DNA of 64,000 nt from an uncultured Actinomycetes bacterium. Lineage in GTDB: Bacteria; Actinomycetota; Thermoleophilia; RBG-16-64-13. Both the position numbers and the translations under genes were made by a program. The stretch's first letter is position 1. Each line of letters starts with the position of its first letter. Where the stretch lies: the NCBI GenBank assembly GCA_963706025.1, contig CAVPLM010000014.1:1-64000 (forward strand), read 5' to 3'. Positions 39,408 through 48,920 of the stretch are shown here, one piece after another. The notes under the pieces were generated by a model. The model ran no database searches. It was not told where the DNA came from and saw only the letters and a list, made by a program, of their open reading frames with translations.

Positions 39408-40316
39408 CTACTTCCTCACGGGAGCCTGCGGCGGAGCCGCGGCCGGCTTCGGCGCTACCGGCACCACACCCGCCAACTCGCCGATCACGTTGATCAGCTC
39501 GGTATTGGCTGGGACCACCACCTTGGCGTTCTGGGAGAGAGCTCGCTCGACCGCCTCGAGCTTTCGCAGTATCTGGGCGTTACCGACGAAGAATTCTTCG
39601 GCCGCTTCGTTGACAAGTTGGATCGCCTGCGCCTCACCCTCGGCGGCCAAGATCCGCGCCTGCTTGATGCCTTCGGCCTTCTTGATCTCGGCCCGGCGCT
39701 GACCGTCGGCCTGCGTCTCGGTGGCGGTGGCGAAGTCGATGGCGGCCACCTTCTCGTTCTCGGCCTTGACCACCTTGTTCATGGTCTCCTGTACGTCTTC
39801 GGGGGGATCTATCTCCTTGAGCTCCGTGCGCAGGATCTCTATCCCCCAACTGGCGGTCTCCTGCAGGAGGGTACTGCGCAGTTCCTCGTTGATCCTGCCC
39901 CGCTCGCTGTTGGCGGACTTGAGCGTGAGCGTACCGATGATGTTACGGAGCGTGGTGCGGGCCAGGTTGACGATCTGGTTCTCGTAGTTGGTGACGTTGT
40001 ACTGCGAGGATTTGACGTTCTCCTCGTCGGCCTTGACCTTGAGATACACCTGGGCGTCCACGCGGGCGTTGAGGTTGTCGTTCGTGATGATCATCTGAGG
40101 CTGGGCTTCGACCAGCATCTCGCGGATGTCCACCCGGAACATGCGCTCAATGATCGGGATGATGAAGTGGAAGCCCGGAGCAGCGTAACGGTTGTACTTG
40201 CCGAGACGCTCCACCAGCCCTCGGTGCGTCGGCCGGACGATCCGGATCCCGAAGACCAGCAGTATGAGGAGCACCACCACTGCCACCGCTATCACCGTTA
40301 TGAGCCAGCCGGACAT
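39408..40316 (-). CDS. SPFH/band 7 domain membrane protein (QmcA-like)
   Basis: N-terminal TM, VERLGKY....PG.HFIIP, ITNDN, TTLRNIIG, WGI, AEG.KQA.IL.AEGEA. Confidence 0.9.
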   Translation of the reverse strand: MSGWLITVIAVAVVVLLILLVFGIRIVRPTHRGLVERLGKYNRYAAPGFHFIIPIIERMFRVDIREMLVEAQPQMIITNDNLNARVDAQVYLKVKADEENVKSSQYNVTNYENQIVNLARTTLRNIIGTLTLKSANSERGRINEELRSTLLQETASWGIEILRTELKEIDPPEDVQETMNKVVKAENEKVAAIDFATATETQADGQRRAEIKKAEGIKQARILAAEGEAQAIQLVNEAAEEFFVGNAQILRKLEAVERALSQNAKVVVPANTELINVIGELAGVVPVAPKPAAAPPQAPVRK

Positions 40317-40544
40317 GAGATCACCCGCCTTTCAGTGTATGAGGTGCCGCCCGGCATGGAGGCCAGCCGGCATCGAGGCCGGCGGGCGTGGGGGCGCCCG
40401 ACAGCTCCCATCCTAGGGGTTCAGCCGGCGGCCGTCAAAGGCCGCGGGGCGTCCGGGGCGCGGCGGGCAGTCGGCGCGGCTGCAGCGAGGTCGCGCGCGC
40501 GGACTCCCAGGCGCCGTCCGGAGCGACGTTGATATAGTGCCCGC

Positions 40545-42053
40545 ATGAACTTGGATAGCAGCGCCGCTGCGGACGGCGGCCCAGCAGCCCCCAGAGAGGA
40601 CGGACTGACCGAGCTGCAGCGGCGGCGGTGGTACGCGCTCATCGTGGTCTCGATCGGGGCTTTCATGACCCCGTTCGATGCCAGCATCGTGGCGGTGGCC
40701 CTGCCGGCCATGGGGGCCGATCTCCAGCTCAGCTATTCGCAGGGCCTGTGGGCGCAGGCCGCCTATCTTCTTGTCACAAGCGTGCTTCTCATCCCCGCCG
40801 GTCGGTTGGCCGATTCGCGGGGGCTGGTGCGCTTCTACCTTCTGGGGACGGCCATCTTCGGGCTGGGGTCGGTCGTGGCCGCCTTTTCGCCGAGCGGCAC
40901 CATCATGATCCTCGCGCGTTGCATCCAGGGAGTGGGGGGCGCCTTCATGTTCGCTACCTCGGTAGCTATCGTGACGGCTGCGTTTCCGGTGCGCGAGCGG
41001 GGCAAGGCTCTGGGGCTGAATACGATGGCCACCTATCTGGGGCTGACCTTGGGGCCCGTCCTCGGCGGGCTGATCGTGACCTACGCCGATTGGCGCTGGA
41101 TCTTCTTCATCAACGTGCCCATCGCAGCGGCGACCCTGGTGGCGGGTTGGAGCCTCATCGGGATCGAGCGGCGCGATCGCCTGGCCGGCGACATCTCCGG
41201 GCCTTCCCGTCGTATCGACTTTGCCGGCGCCCTCCTCCTGGGTGGAGCACTGGTGGCCCTCTTCGTACCTTTGACCTTCTCGCCCTTGTGGGGATGGTCC
41301 AGTGCCAGGACCATCGGCCCGCTGGCCGTTGCCGTGCTCCTGTTCGCGGCATTTGTGTTAGTGGAGGATCGCGTCCGCGAGCCCATGCTCGACCTGGATC
41401 TTCTCCGCAAGAATCGTGTCTTTCGAGGGGCGAATACTGCGGCGCTCATCAACTACATGGCCGTCTTCGGCGTTAGCACCCTTACAGCGGTGTTCCTGCA
41501 GATCGTCCAAGGTCTCTCTGCCAAGCAGGCCGGTCTGGTATTGCTCGCGCAGCCGGTGCTGATGGCCGTTCTCTCGCCGTTCACGGGGCGCCTCTCCGAC
41601 CGAGTGGGCTCCCGTGTTCTGGCCACTTTTGGGATGGTCCTGGTAGCGGGAGGCATGCTGCAGCTCTCGTTCGTCTCCACCTCCACAGGACCGGTGCTTC
41701 TTGCGTTGGGCACTATGGGGTTAGGGATGGCCTTCTTCAGCGCGCCCAACATCTCGGCGATCATGGGCTCTGTCGATCGCTCCCAGTTGAGCCTGGCTTC
41801 CGGCTTCCTCAGTACCATGCGTTTCACGGGACAGGGGATTTCCATGGCGGTTCTTGGGGCGATCGCCGCCTGGAAACTGGGCGCTGAGGGTGCAAGGATC
41901 ATCTTCCTGGGCGATACGGGGAGCGCCGCCAGTGCCGCGGCCTTCGCCGATGGCTATCAGCTGGCCATGCTGGTAGGGGCGGTGCTGGCGGCGGTGGGGG
42001 CGGCCATCTCCTGGACGGCGCGACCCGAGAGACGCCGCGGGCCCTCCGGGTAG
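40545..42053 (+). CDS. MFS transporter (DHA2/EmrB-QacA type)
   Basis: D.SIVAVALP, GRLADSRG, ERGKALG, GP.LGG, WRWIFFINVP; many TM segments. TATAGT 6 nt before ATG suggests a leaderless mRNA. Confidence 0.9.
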   Translation: MNLDSSAAADGGPAAPREDGLTELQRRRWYALIVVSIGAFMTPFDASIVAVALPAMGADLQLSYSQGLWAQAAYLLVTSVLLIPAGRLADSRGLVRFYLLGTAIFGLGSVVAAFSPSGTIMILARCIQGVGGAFMFATSVAIVTAAFPVRERGKALGLNTMATYLGLTLGPVLGGLIVTYADWRWIFFINVPIAAATLVAGWSLIGIERRDRLAGDISGPSRRIDFAGALLLGGALVALFVPLTFSPLWGWSSARTIGPLAVAVLLFAAFVLVEDRVREPMLDLDLLRKNRVFRGANTAALINYMAVFGVSTLTAVFLQIVQGLSAKQAGLVLLAQPVLMAVLSPFTGRLSDRVGSRVLATFGMVLVAGGMLQLSFVSTSTGPVLLALGTMGLGMAFFSAPNISAIMGSVDRSQLSLASGFLSTMRFTGQGISMAVLGAIAAWKLGAEGARIIFLGDTGSAASAAAFADGYQLAMLVGAVLAAVGAAISWTARPERRRGPSG

Positions 42054-42093
42054 GGGAGGGCCCGCGGCGACCTGCTGGGGGGGAGGGGCTAGG

Positions 42094-43783
42094 CTAAGCC
42101 TTCCGCGGGATCACCGGGAGCGCCACGTGGGAGGGGTGCTTTCCATCGCGGTAGAACTTGTGCAGGGTCGTCCTGCTCTTGCAGACGTGCCACATCACGT
42201 CGTAGGTCTCGATATCGGTGGGTATGTCGATGCTGGAGATCTCCAGCTTGATCTGCTTCCCTGCCCGGAACAGGTGGGACATCGGCCGGAGCTGGACCGT
42301 GTACTCGTTGATCTCGCCGGGTTTGACCGGGATCGCCCTCGGTGTGGTCGTGGGCGATCTCCCAGGGCGTCGTCTTGCTCTCGTCCAGGGTCCGGTGTGA
42401 AGCCTTCAGCCAGCCGGAAGCCAGAGGGTAGATCGCATTGGACCCTTCCTCGCGGATGTCCACCCGGAAGTTGGTGTCGTCGGTGTCGATGGAGGCGTGA
42501 AAGGTGACCCGGGGCGGGCCCGTAACCTGCAGGTCCTCGGGAAGCGGCCGGCTGACGTAGGTGACCCGCTCCCTCTTCTCGGTCACGTAAAGCGGTCCCT
42601 GCACGAACGCGTCCGGCTCGTCGTTGTAGTAGTCCGGTTCGGGAAGCAGTTGCCCGAGACTGTTCAGGTACAGCTTCGTCCACACTGTGCTCTCGAGCGG
42701 CCACTCGTTCGCCGTGGCCCATTTCTCGGCCACGGTGGTGTGGTAGCGGATGGGGGCTTCGTCCATGATGCCGGTGTCGATGCCCTTGAGCCAGTAGTCG
42801 TACCAGCGCAGGATCTCGTCGTGGTGCGCCCTCCACGGACGGGTGCCCATGTCGGTGTAGAGAAGCATCTTCTTCGGGACGTCGATGCAGTTGAAGACGT
42901 TGATCTGCGGCTGCGAGAAGAAGCTGAACAGGGGTCCGCCCACGTACGTCGGCACCTTGATCCTATCGAGCCGCTCGGAGACCGAGCGTTCCCGATAGTA
43001 GGGGCCATCGAGCTTGTTCAGCATGAAATCGAACAGGACCGGGTTCTTGTCCGGGTACTTCAAGAGGTGGTGGAGATAGGGATACTGCCGTAGGTCGGGA
43101 TCGGCCAGCGCTTCCTCCACGATCTTGGCCAACTCCTCCTTGGGCGTGTTCTTGATCATCGCCGAGACGGTGTTCTTGATGGCATATCCGCAGCGCGCCG
43201 GATAGGTCCCGGTGTAGAGGCCGTACAGGAAGATGTTGAGGACGCCGCCCTCGTACTGGCCGTGGTTGTAGAGGTCGTCCCCGAAGATCTCCCAGGGGGC
43301 GATGCACTTCAGATGGGGCGGCTGCTCGGCCGCGATGTGGAGCTGCATGGAGGCGAAGTAGCAGATGCCGGCCCCGCCGACGTTCCCGTCACACCAGGGT
43401 TGCGCCGCCAACCACTCCACGATATCGGCGCCGTCTTCGCCCTCGTGATGGGAGAAGAGGCCCTCGTATTCGCCCTCCGAGTAGCCGGTGCCCCGCAGGT
43501 CGGCGATAGCGTACACGTAGCCGCGGGCGGTGTAGTAGCACGGGTCGCCCGACTCGAGGGAGGCCTCGAATATCGACTTGCCGAAGGGCTGGGGAGGGGA
43601 GTCGCACGTCTGCGCGTCTTTGCCGTAGGGGGAGATGGCGAGCAAAGCCGGGAACTTGCCCGGCGCGTCGGGACGGTAGACGTCCACCGCCAGCCGGACC
43701 CCATCACGGGCCGTGACGTACACGTCCTTTTCGGCGATCATTCCGTAGACCGGCTGTGAGCCGGCCTTTTCTGGACTGGCCAT
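42094..43783 (-). CDS. CocE/NonD (peptidase S15-like) hydrolase with Cys at the nucleophile elbow; frameshift near 42340
   Basis: RDGVRLAVDVYRP, SPYGK, DLRGTG.SEG, EWLAAQPWCDGNVG..GICY, RWYDYWLKG, GWLKASHR. The C-terminus lies in the alternate frame, ending at 42094. Confidence 0.85.
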
Positions 43784-43826
43784 GCGTCCTCCTCAAGGTT
43801 CGAATTAGGTGAACCCCGCCGTTTTC

Positions 43827-43882
43827 TTGAGTGAGCGCTTGCTCAACAAGAAATCCTATCCTAGAATGGGGTGGCTTGTCAA
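43827..43882. promoter_or_regulatory. Overlapping divergent promoters with a TetR-type operator
   Basis: Near-palindrome TTGAGTGAGCGCTTGCTCAA (43827-43846). Plus strand TTGCTC-N17-TAGAAT; minus strand TTGACA-N18-TAGGAT. Confidence 0.65.
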
Positions 43883-43915
43883 CGGATCGTGGCGGGTGAA
43901 GCGAAGGGAGCGAGC

Positions 43916-44559
43916 TTGTCATCCACAGTCAGGCGCCCGCGCCGATTGCCGGCCGCGGAGAGACGCAAGCAGATCGTGCAGGCCGTCATCGAGGTCGTCG
44001 CGGAGCACGGCGTCCCGGGGGCGACCGTATCCCGGATCGCCACGGCGGCCAACGTGTCCGAAGGCACGCTCTACGTGTATTTCGAGAGCAGAGACGAGAT
44101 GCTCATGGCGGCGCTCGACTCCATCTTCGTCGAGATGTCCGGCCTGATAGATTCCTCCGAAGAGACGGATGCCCTCGAGCGTCTGCGGGACATCGGCCGG
44201 CGTCACTCCGAGCTGATGAAGACGGAGCGCGGGGGCTTCGCTCTTCCCTGGGTGGAGTTCATCGCCGCCGGACCCCAAGTGGGGCTCCGGGAGGCGGTCG
44301 CCCAGACGCAGACAAGGGCCTTCGGAAAGATGCTGGCGATCGTGGAGCAGGGCCAGGCCAGGGGACGATCCGGCGCGAGCTGGACGCCAGGCGTCTCACC
44401 TGGGAGTGGTACACGGTGGTGTGGGCCGAGAACATGAGCTGTCTCATGGGACTTACCGAGTTCATCGATGATCGTCACTCCGCCTATCTGTTGGATCTGA
44501 TCCTCGAGAACGCGGCGGTCCCGGGGGCCGCCGCGACTCCGGCAAGGTCGCCCGGGTAG
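43916..44559 (+). CDS. TetR/AcrR family transcriptional regulator; frameshift near 44360
   Basis: RLPAAERRKQIV.A, HG....TVSRIA.AANVSEGTLYVYF.S. The C-terminus GTIRRELD...LENAA continues in the shifted frame. Confidence 0.85.
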
Positions 44560-44609
44560 TCACTCCCAGGCGGGCGTCCTCGGCGACGACAAGGAGACTG
44601 GAGTAGACC

Positions 44610-45845
44610 ATGGCTTTCGGCAAATACGCGGTCGATTACGAGGAACGAGTCGACTACCCCCGGCTCCGCCGGGAACGGGTGGCGAAGGTCAGGGTCCAGA
44701 TGGAGGCGGACGGCATCGGGGCCATCATCACCTGGGACCCGGACAACATCCGCTACGTCTCCTCCTATTACGTGACCACGCCCATGCGGGCCTCCGAGAT
44801 GCAGGCGGTGTTCATCGCCCGCAACGGTGAGCCGCACCTGATCGGCGGCGGCACTCCCACCGAGACGGCCCGGCGTATGCCCTGGCTGGCCGGCGTCCAG
44901 CCCTCCTACGGCATGCCCCGGCTCTCGGCGCGCGACTCGAGCGATCCCCTGCTCGAGGCCTGGGTCGACGGCGTGGCCAAGCTCATGGCCGACTACGGGG
45001 TGGAGAAGGAGCCCCTGGCCGTGGACGGATCCACCCTCCAGGGACTCTTTTTCGAAGCTTTCTCTCGAAAAGGGATCGTTACCGTCCACGGAAGACCGGT
45101 GATGGACTACGCCCGCATGATCAAGACCGTCGATGAGATCGAGCTCATCAAGATCGCCTGCGCCAATGCCGAACGCGCCCATGCCGCCATCGCCGACGCC
45201 ATCCGCCCGGGGATCCGCGAGTGCGATCTGGTGGGCATCGGCATCAAGGAGCTCTATGCCGAGGGCGCCGACCACACCGAGGACCTGGTCTGCATGAGCG
45301 GCGAGAACACCAACCCCTACGGTTGGACCTTCACCGACCGTATGATCCGCCCAGGCGACCTGGTCTACGTGGACGTGGATGGCGCCTCCTACCAGGGTTA
45401 CAAGACCTGCATCTATCGCACCTTCTGCTGTGGCAAGGCGAGCGAGGAGCAGAAGGAGCTCTTCGCCGAGGCCAAGGAGATGCTCCTTGCCGGGATGAGC
45501 GTCGTCAAAGACGGCGCCACCGATCACGACGTCTTGGCCCAGTGGCCCGACTCGCCCGCCTACTGGGGCTACGAGACCTGGGGGGATGTCAACCCCTACG
45601 CCTGCGGTCACGGCATCGGCCTGACCCTGCACGACCGGCCGATGATCTTCTACACGCATCGGGCGCTGGGCATCCCCCCGCACACCCTCAAGGCGGGGAT
45701 GGTGATGGCATTCGAGACGTACACGGGCAAGAAGGGCGGCCGACAAGGGGTGCGCATCGAGGACATGGTGCTGGTGACCGAGACCGGCTACGAGCTGCTC
45801 TCCCTGTTCCCGCAAGAGCTGATCGAGTGCTGGTTGCCATATTGA
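44610..45845 (+). CDS. M24 (pita-bread fold) Xaa-Pro peptidase-like hydrolase
   Basis: DNIRY, ARMIKT.DEI, IRPG, GY.TC.YRT, GHGIGL..HD.P, AFET, GVRIEDMV.VT. Confidence 0.88.
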   Translation: MAFGKYAVDYEERVDYPRLRRERVAKVRVQMEADGIGAIITWDPDNIRYVSSYYVTTPMRASEMQAVFIARNGEPHLIGGGTPTETARRMPWLAGVQPSYGMPRLSARDSSDPLLEAWVDGVAKLMADYGVEKEPLAVDGSTLQGLFFEAFSRKGIVTVHGRPVMDYARMIKTVDEIELIKIACANAERAHAAIADAIRPGIRECDLVGIGIKELYAEGADHTEDLVCMSGENTNPYGWTFTDRMIRPGDLVYVDVDGASYQGYKTCIYRTFCCGKASEEQKELFAEAKEMLLAGMSVVKDGATDHDVLAQWPDSPAYWGYETWGDVNPYACGHGIGLTLHDRPMIFYTHRALGIPPHTLKAGMVMAFETYTGKKGGRQGVRIEDMVLVTETGYELLSLFPQELIECWLPY

Positions 45846-45859
45846 GCGCCGACGCGCCC

Positions 45860-46981
45860 ATGGAGGGCAAGGCCGCGGGCGCCAGGGGCGCAGCGGCTGT
45901 GGCCGCCGCGACCGTCGGCGGGGACCTCGCCCCTGGGACTGCGGCGGGGCCACCCATCAGCGAGACCACCGCGAGCGTCGCAGCTGCCGCGGGGTCCGGC
46001 GCAGCCGGCGGGGCGACCGTCCCGAAGCCGGGCGCGCCGAACTACCGATGGGCTGTCGTCGCTCTGTTCTTCCTAGCCCTCATCTGGGGCTACGCCTGGG
46101 TGGTCATGAAGATCGCCCTCGACTACGCGGAGCCCTTCACTTTCGCGGCCATGCGTACCTTCTTCGGCGCCGTCGCGCTCTTCATGGTGATGCCGCTGTT
46201 GCGTCGCCCCGTGCGGCCAAAGGCAATCCGGCTGACGGCCTTACTGGGCGTCATGCAGACGACCGGGTTCGTCGGGCTGCTCACCCTGGCGCTCGTGAAC
46301 GGGGGCGCCGGCAAGACCTCCATCCTCACCTACACCATGCCTTTCTGGCTGCTACTCATGGCCTGGGTCTTCCTGGCGGAGAGGCTCAGGGGATTCCAGT
46401 GGGTCGCGGTCGGCTTGGCCCTCTGCGGGATGATCCTGCTCTTGACGCCCTGGCGCTTCGAAGGAGGGTGGAGCGGGGTCATGGCGGTCGGAGGCGCGCT
46501 GTTCTGGGCGGGAAGCGCCATCGTGGCCAAGATCCTGCGGAAGCGCCACGAGGTCGACCTATTCTCCATGACCGCGTGGCAGATGCTCCTGGGCTCGCTG
46601 CTCTTGATCGTGTTTGCCGCCATCGCCTGGTCCGGCCCGCCGGTATGGACGGGCACCTTCATCGCCGCTCTGGTCTACGTTGTGATCCTCGGGAACACGG
46701 TGGCCTGGCTCCTCTGGCTCTACATCCTTCATGCGCTGCCGGCAGGAACCGCGGGCCTGGGCACTCTCCTGACCCCGGTGATCGGGATCGTCGCTGCCTG
46801 GATCCAATTGGGCGAACGGCCGACCTTGAGCGAAGGATTGGGGATGATCGCCATCGTGAGCGCCCTCCTCCTCACCGTGCTGTGGGAGATCATGAGCGCG
46901 CGGAAGCGGAGAGCGGCCACCTACCAAGGACTCGACCCCGGTGAGACCCCAAGCGGGAGCCCGAGTGGGGGTTCGACGTGA
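45860..46981 (+). CDS. EamA/DMT family transporter with low-complexity N-terminus
   Basis: IWG..W...K, P.TFAAMR, two EamA repeats, GERP. Start uncertain. Confidence 0.87.
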   Translation: MEGKAAGARGAAAVAAATVGGDLAPGTAAGPPISETTASVAAAAGSGAAGGATVPKPGAPNYRWAVVALFFLALIWGYAWVVMKIALDYAEPFTFAAMRTFFGAVALFMVMPLLRRPVRPKAIRLTALLGVMQTTGFVGLLTLALVNGGAGKTSILTYTMPFWLLLMAWVFLAERLRGFQWVAVGLALCGMILLLTPWRFEGGWSGVMAVGGALFWAGSAIVAKILRKRHEVDLFSMTAWQMLLGSLLLIVFAAIAWSGPPVWTGTFIAALVYVVILGNTVAWLLWLYILHALPAGTAGLGTLLTPVIGIVAAWIQLGERPTLSEGLGMIAIVSALLLTVLWEIMSARKRRAATYQGLDPGETPSGSPSGGST

Positions 46982-47856
46982 GGTATCTCGGCCAAGTGAT
47001 CCGGCCCCCCAGCGAAGCTGACAGCCTCATCCTGCAGGTCATGTATGGGTGCTCGCACGGGGAGTGCGCCTTCTGTGGGTCCTATCTGGGCAAGCCGTTC
47101 CGGGTTCGACCCTTCGCCGAGGTCAAGGACGACCTGCGGCAGCTGCCGGCCGGCGTCAAGAACACGATCGAAAGGGCGTTCCTCTGCGACGGGGACGCGC
47201 TCGCCATACCCAGCCGCAGGATGATGGAAGTGCTCGATCTTCTTGGTGTCGAATTGCCACATCTTTCGCGGGTCAGCGCCTATGCCAACGCCCATTCGCT
47301 CCTGCGCATCCCGGAGGACGAACTGCGCGAGATCCGCGCCCATGGATTGGAGCTGCTCTATGTGGGGCTCGAATCCGGCGACGAGGCCACCCTGGCCCAG
47401 ATCGGAAAGGGAGTGACGGTCGCCCAACAGGTCGAAGCCTTCCGCAAGGCCAAGAGAGCCGGTTTCCGGCTGTCGGTCACCGCCATCCTGGGGCTGGCCG
47501 GCGTGGAGCGGTCCTTTGTCCACGCCCGGGGCACGGGCGAGGCTCTCTCGGCCATCGACCCCGACTATATCGGGATCCTGACGCTCATGCTGGAGCCAGG
47601 GACGCGGTTCTACGACTCCGTGCAACGGGGCGATTTCGTCGTGCCGGGACCACTGCAGTTACTCCTGGAGCTGCGCGAGATGATCGACGCGTGCGTCGTG
47701 ACCCATGCGGTCTTCCGCACGAACCACGCCTCCAACTACCTTGCCCTGCGGGGGACCCTCCCCGAGGACAAAGCCAGCCTACTTAGGCTGCTCGACGACG
47801 TCCTCGCCGCCCCGGAGAGGGCCCGGCTCAAACCGGAGCACCTCAGAGAGCTGTGA
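46978..47856 (+). CDS. Radical SAM protein (RPPSEA-type family)
   Basis: IRPPSEA.SLILQ...GCSHGECAFC, FL.DGDAL, Y.GLESG, FRTNHASNYL.L.G.LP.DK. GTG overlaps the upstream stop. Confidence 0.87.
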   Translation: MRYLGQVIRPPSEADSLILQVMYGCSHGECAFCGSYLGKPFRVRPFAEVKDDLRQLPAGVKNTIERAFLCDGDALAIPSRRMMEVLDLLGVELPHLSRVSAYANAHSLLRIPEDELREIRAHGLELLYVGLESGDEATLAQIGKGVTVAQQVEAFRKAKRAGFRLSVTAILGLAGVERSFVHARGTGEALSAIDPDYIGILTLMLEPGTRFYDSVQRGDFVVPGPLQLLLELREMIDACVVTHAVFRTNHASNYLALRGTLPEDKASLLRLLDDVLAAPERARLKPEHLREL

Positions 47857-47884
47857 GGCGCGCCGCCTTTCGGCGGCGCGCCTC
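47855..47884. terminator. GC-rich hairpin between convergent genes
   Basis: gaggcgcgccgcc-tttc-ggcggcgcgcctc, 13-bp perfect stem. Confidence 0.7.
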
Positions 47885-47918
47885 CACTCGGTGAGTCCAA
47901 CCAGTGGACAATACCGTC

Positions 47919-48920
47919 TCACTCGCCCGGCGCAGGCCCCTCGGGTGAGATCTCCGGCAAGCCCTCGAGTCCCTGCCCGAGTCCCTGGATCGAGCCGCTC
48001 GGCAACTTCTCGAGCCCATCGGCTATCTTCTGGAGTTCATCGACCGGGAGGTTGGAGAGCATCTCTACGCGGGTTCCGGCGACGTCCCAGGTCAGCTTGT
48101 TGGCATTCTCGTAGGCGACCGGATCGGGTGTCTGCTGCTGGCCCGGCCCCGGGGGTGTTTGCACCTCGCCGACCAGACCGGTGTTCAGCACAGCGGGCTG
48201 GCCCTTGACCGTGGCCGGTGTGCCGTCCGGGAGAGCCTGGCCGGGGGCGACCTCCGCCGTTGTGATGTAGAGGAAGCTGTCACCCTTGTGGAAGAGGGAC
48301 TCAGCTCGTGGCACGGCGCCCGGCTCTGCCGAAACAGCAGCGCCTTGATAGACGGTGTCGGGGCCGATGGCCTCAGGCACGTAGTCCAGCCGGAACCCCA
48401 AGATGAAGGTTCCTTCGGGCAGGGGCTGCGGTGTGTCAAACTGCGCCGACCCCGTCGAGGCCGTCACGCCGAATATGCCGCCAAAGAACTCGCCGGCCGA
48501 TGCCCGGGCGGAGGGAACGGACGCTACGATGATCGCCGCGATGACGATGGCGCCTGCGATACCGGAGGCGATTCTCCATCGGGTTTTCATTCTTATGACT
48601 CCTTTGTGCTGGGAAGCTGTGGTCGGGCCTCGCTTCGGCACGGAACGCTTGGGCCATGCCGAGAGCCGGGAAGACGGGGTGCGCGCTTGCTCCGTCAACC
48701 TAGCCTGCAGGCGGGTGAAGGCCTGCGGCGAGGGGGCTGCCTGGGCAGCCTGGGTCCTCAGGGACTCGTTCAGCCGGCTCCGGGTGGAGCGCAGGGCGGA
48801 CAGGTCCCTTTCGCACAAGGCGCATCCGGCCAGATGAGCCTCGATCATGGTCTGCTCCGAGGGGATGACCTCGCGGTCCAGGTAGGCGACAAAAAGTCGG
48901 TGCACTTCGCGGCAGTTCAT
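47919..48920 (-). CDS. Zinc-finger (zf-HC2) anti-sigma factor with TM helix and extracytoplasmic domain
   Basis: MNCREV...AYLD.E....IEAHLAGCALC (HxxxCxxC), single TM, overlaps the sigma factor stop. Confidence 0.85.
   Translation of the reverse strand: MNCREVHRLFVAYLDREVIPSEQTMIEAHLAGCALCERDLSALRSTRSRLNESLRTQAAQAAPSPQAFTRLQARLTEQARTPSSRLSAWPKRSVPKRGPTTASQHKGVIRMKTRWRIASGIAGAIVIAAIIVASVPSARASAGEFFGGIFGVTASTGSAQFDTPQPLPEGTFILGFRLDYVPEAIGPDTVYQGAAVSAEPGAVPRAESLFHKGDSFLYITTAEVAPGQALPDGTPATVKGQPAVLNTGLVGEVQTPPGPGQQQTPDPVAYENANKLTWDVAGTRVEMLSNLPVDELQKIADGLEKLPSGSIQGLGQGLEGLPEISPEGPAPGE

Noticed and set aside
45221-45859. Long N-terminal extensions in the ORF track (also 1702, 2886, 9601, 19373, 33030, 37207, 56942)
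   Set aside because: They overlap upstream genes in another frame or run through intergenic DNA. Stop-poor frames are expected at high GC.
47050-47076. CX4CX2C instead of CX3CX2C in the radical SAM protein as a novelty
   Set aside because: To my knowledge this spacing is normal for the RPPSEA-type radical SAM family.
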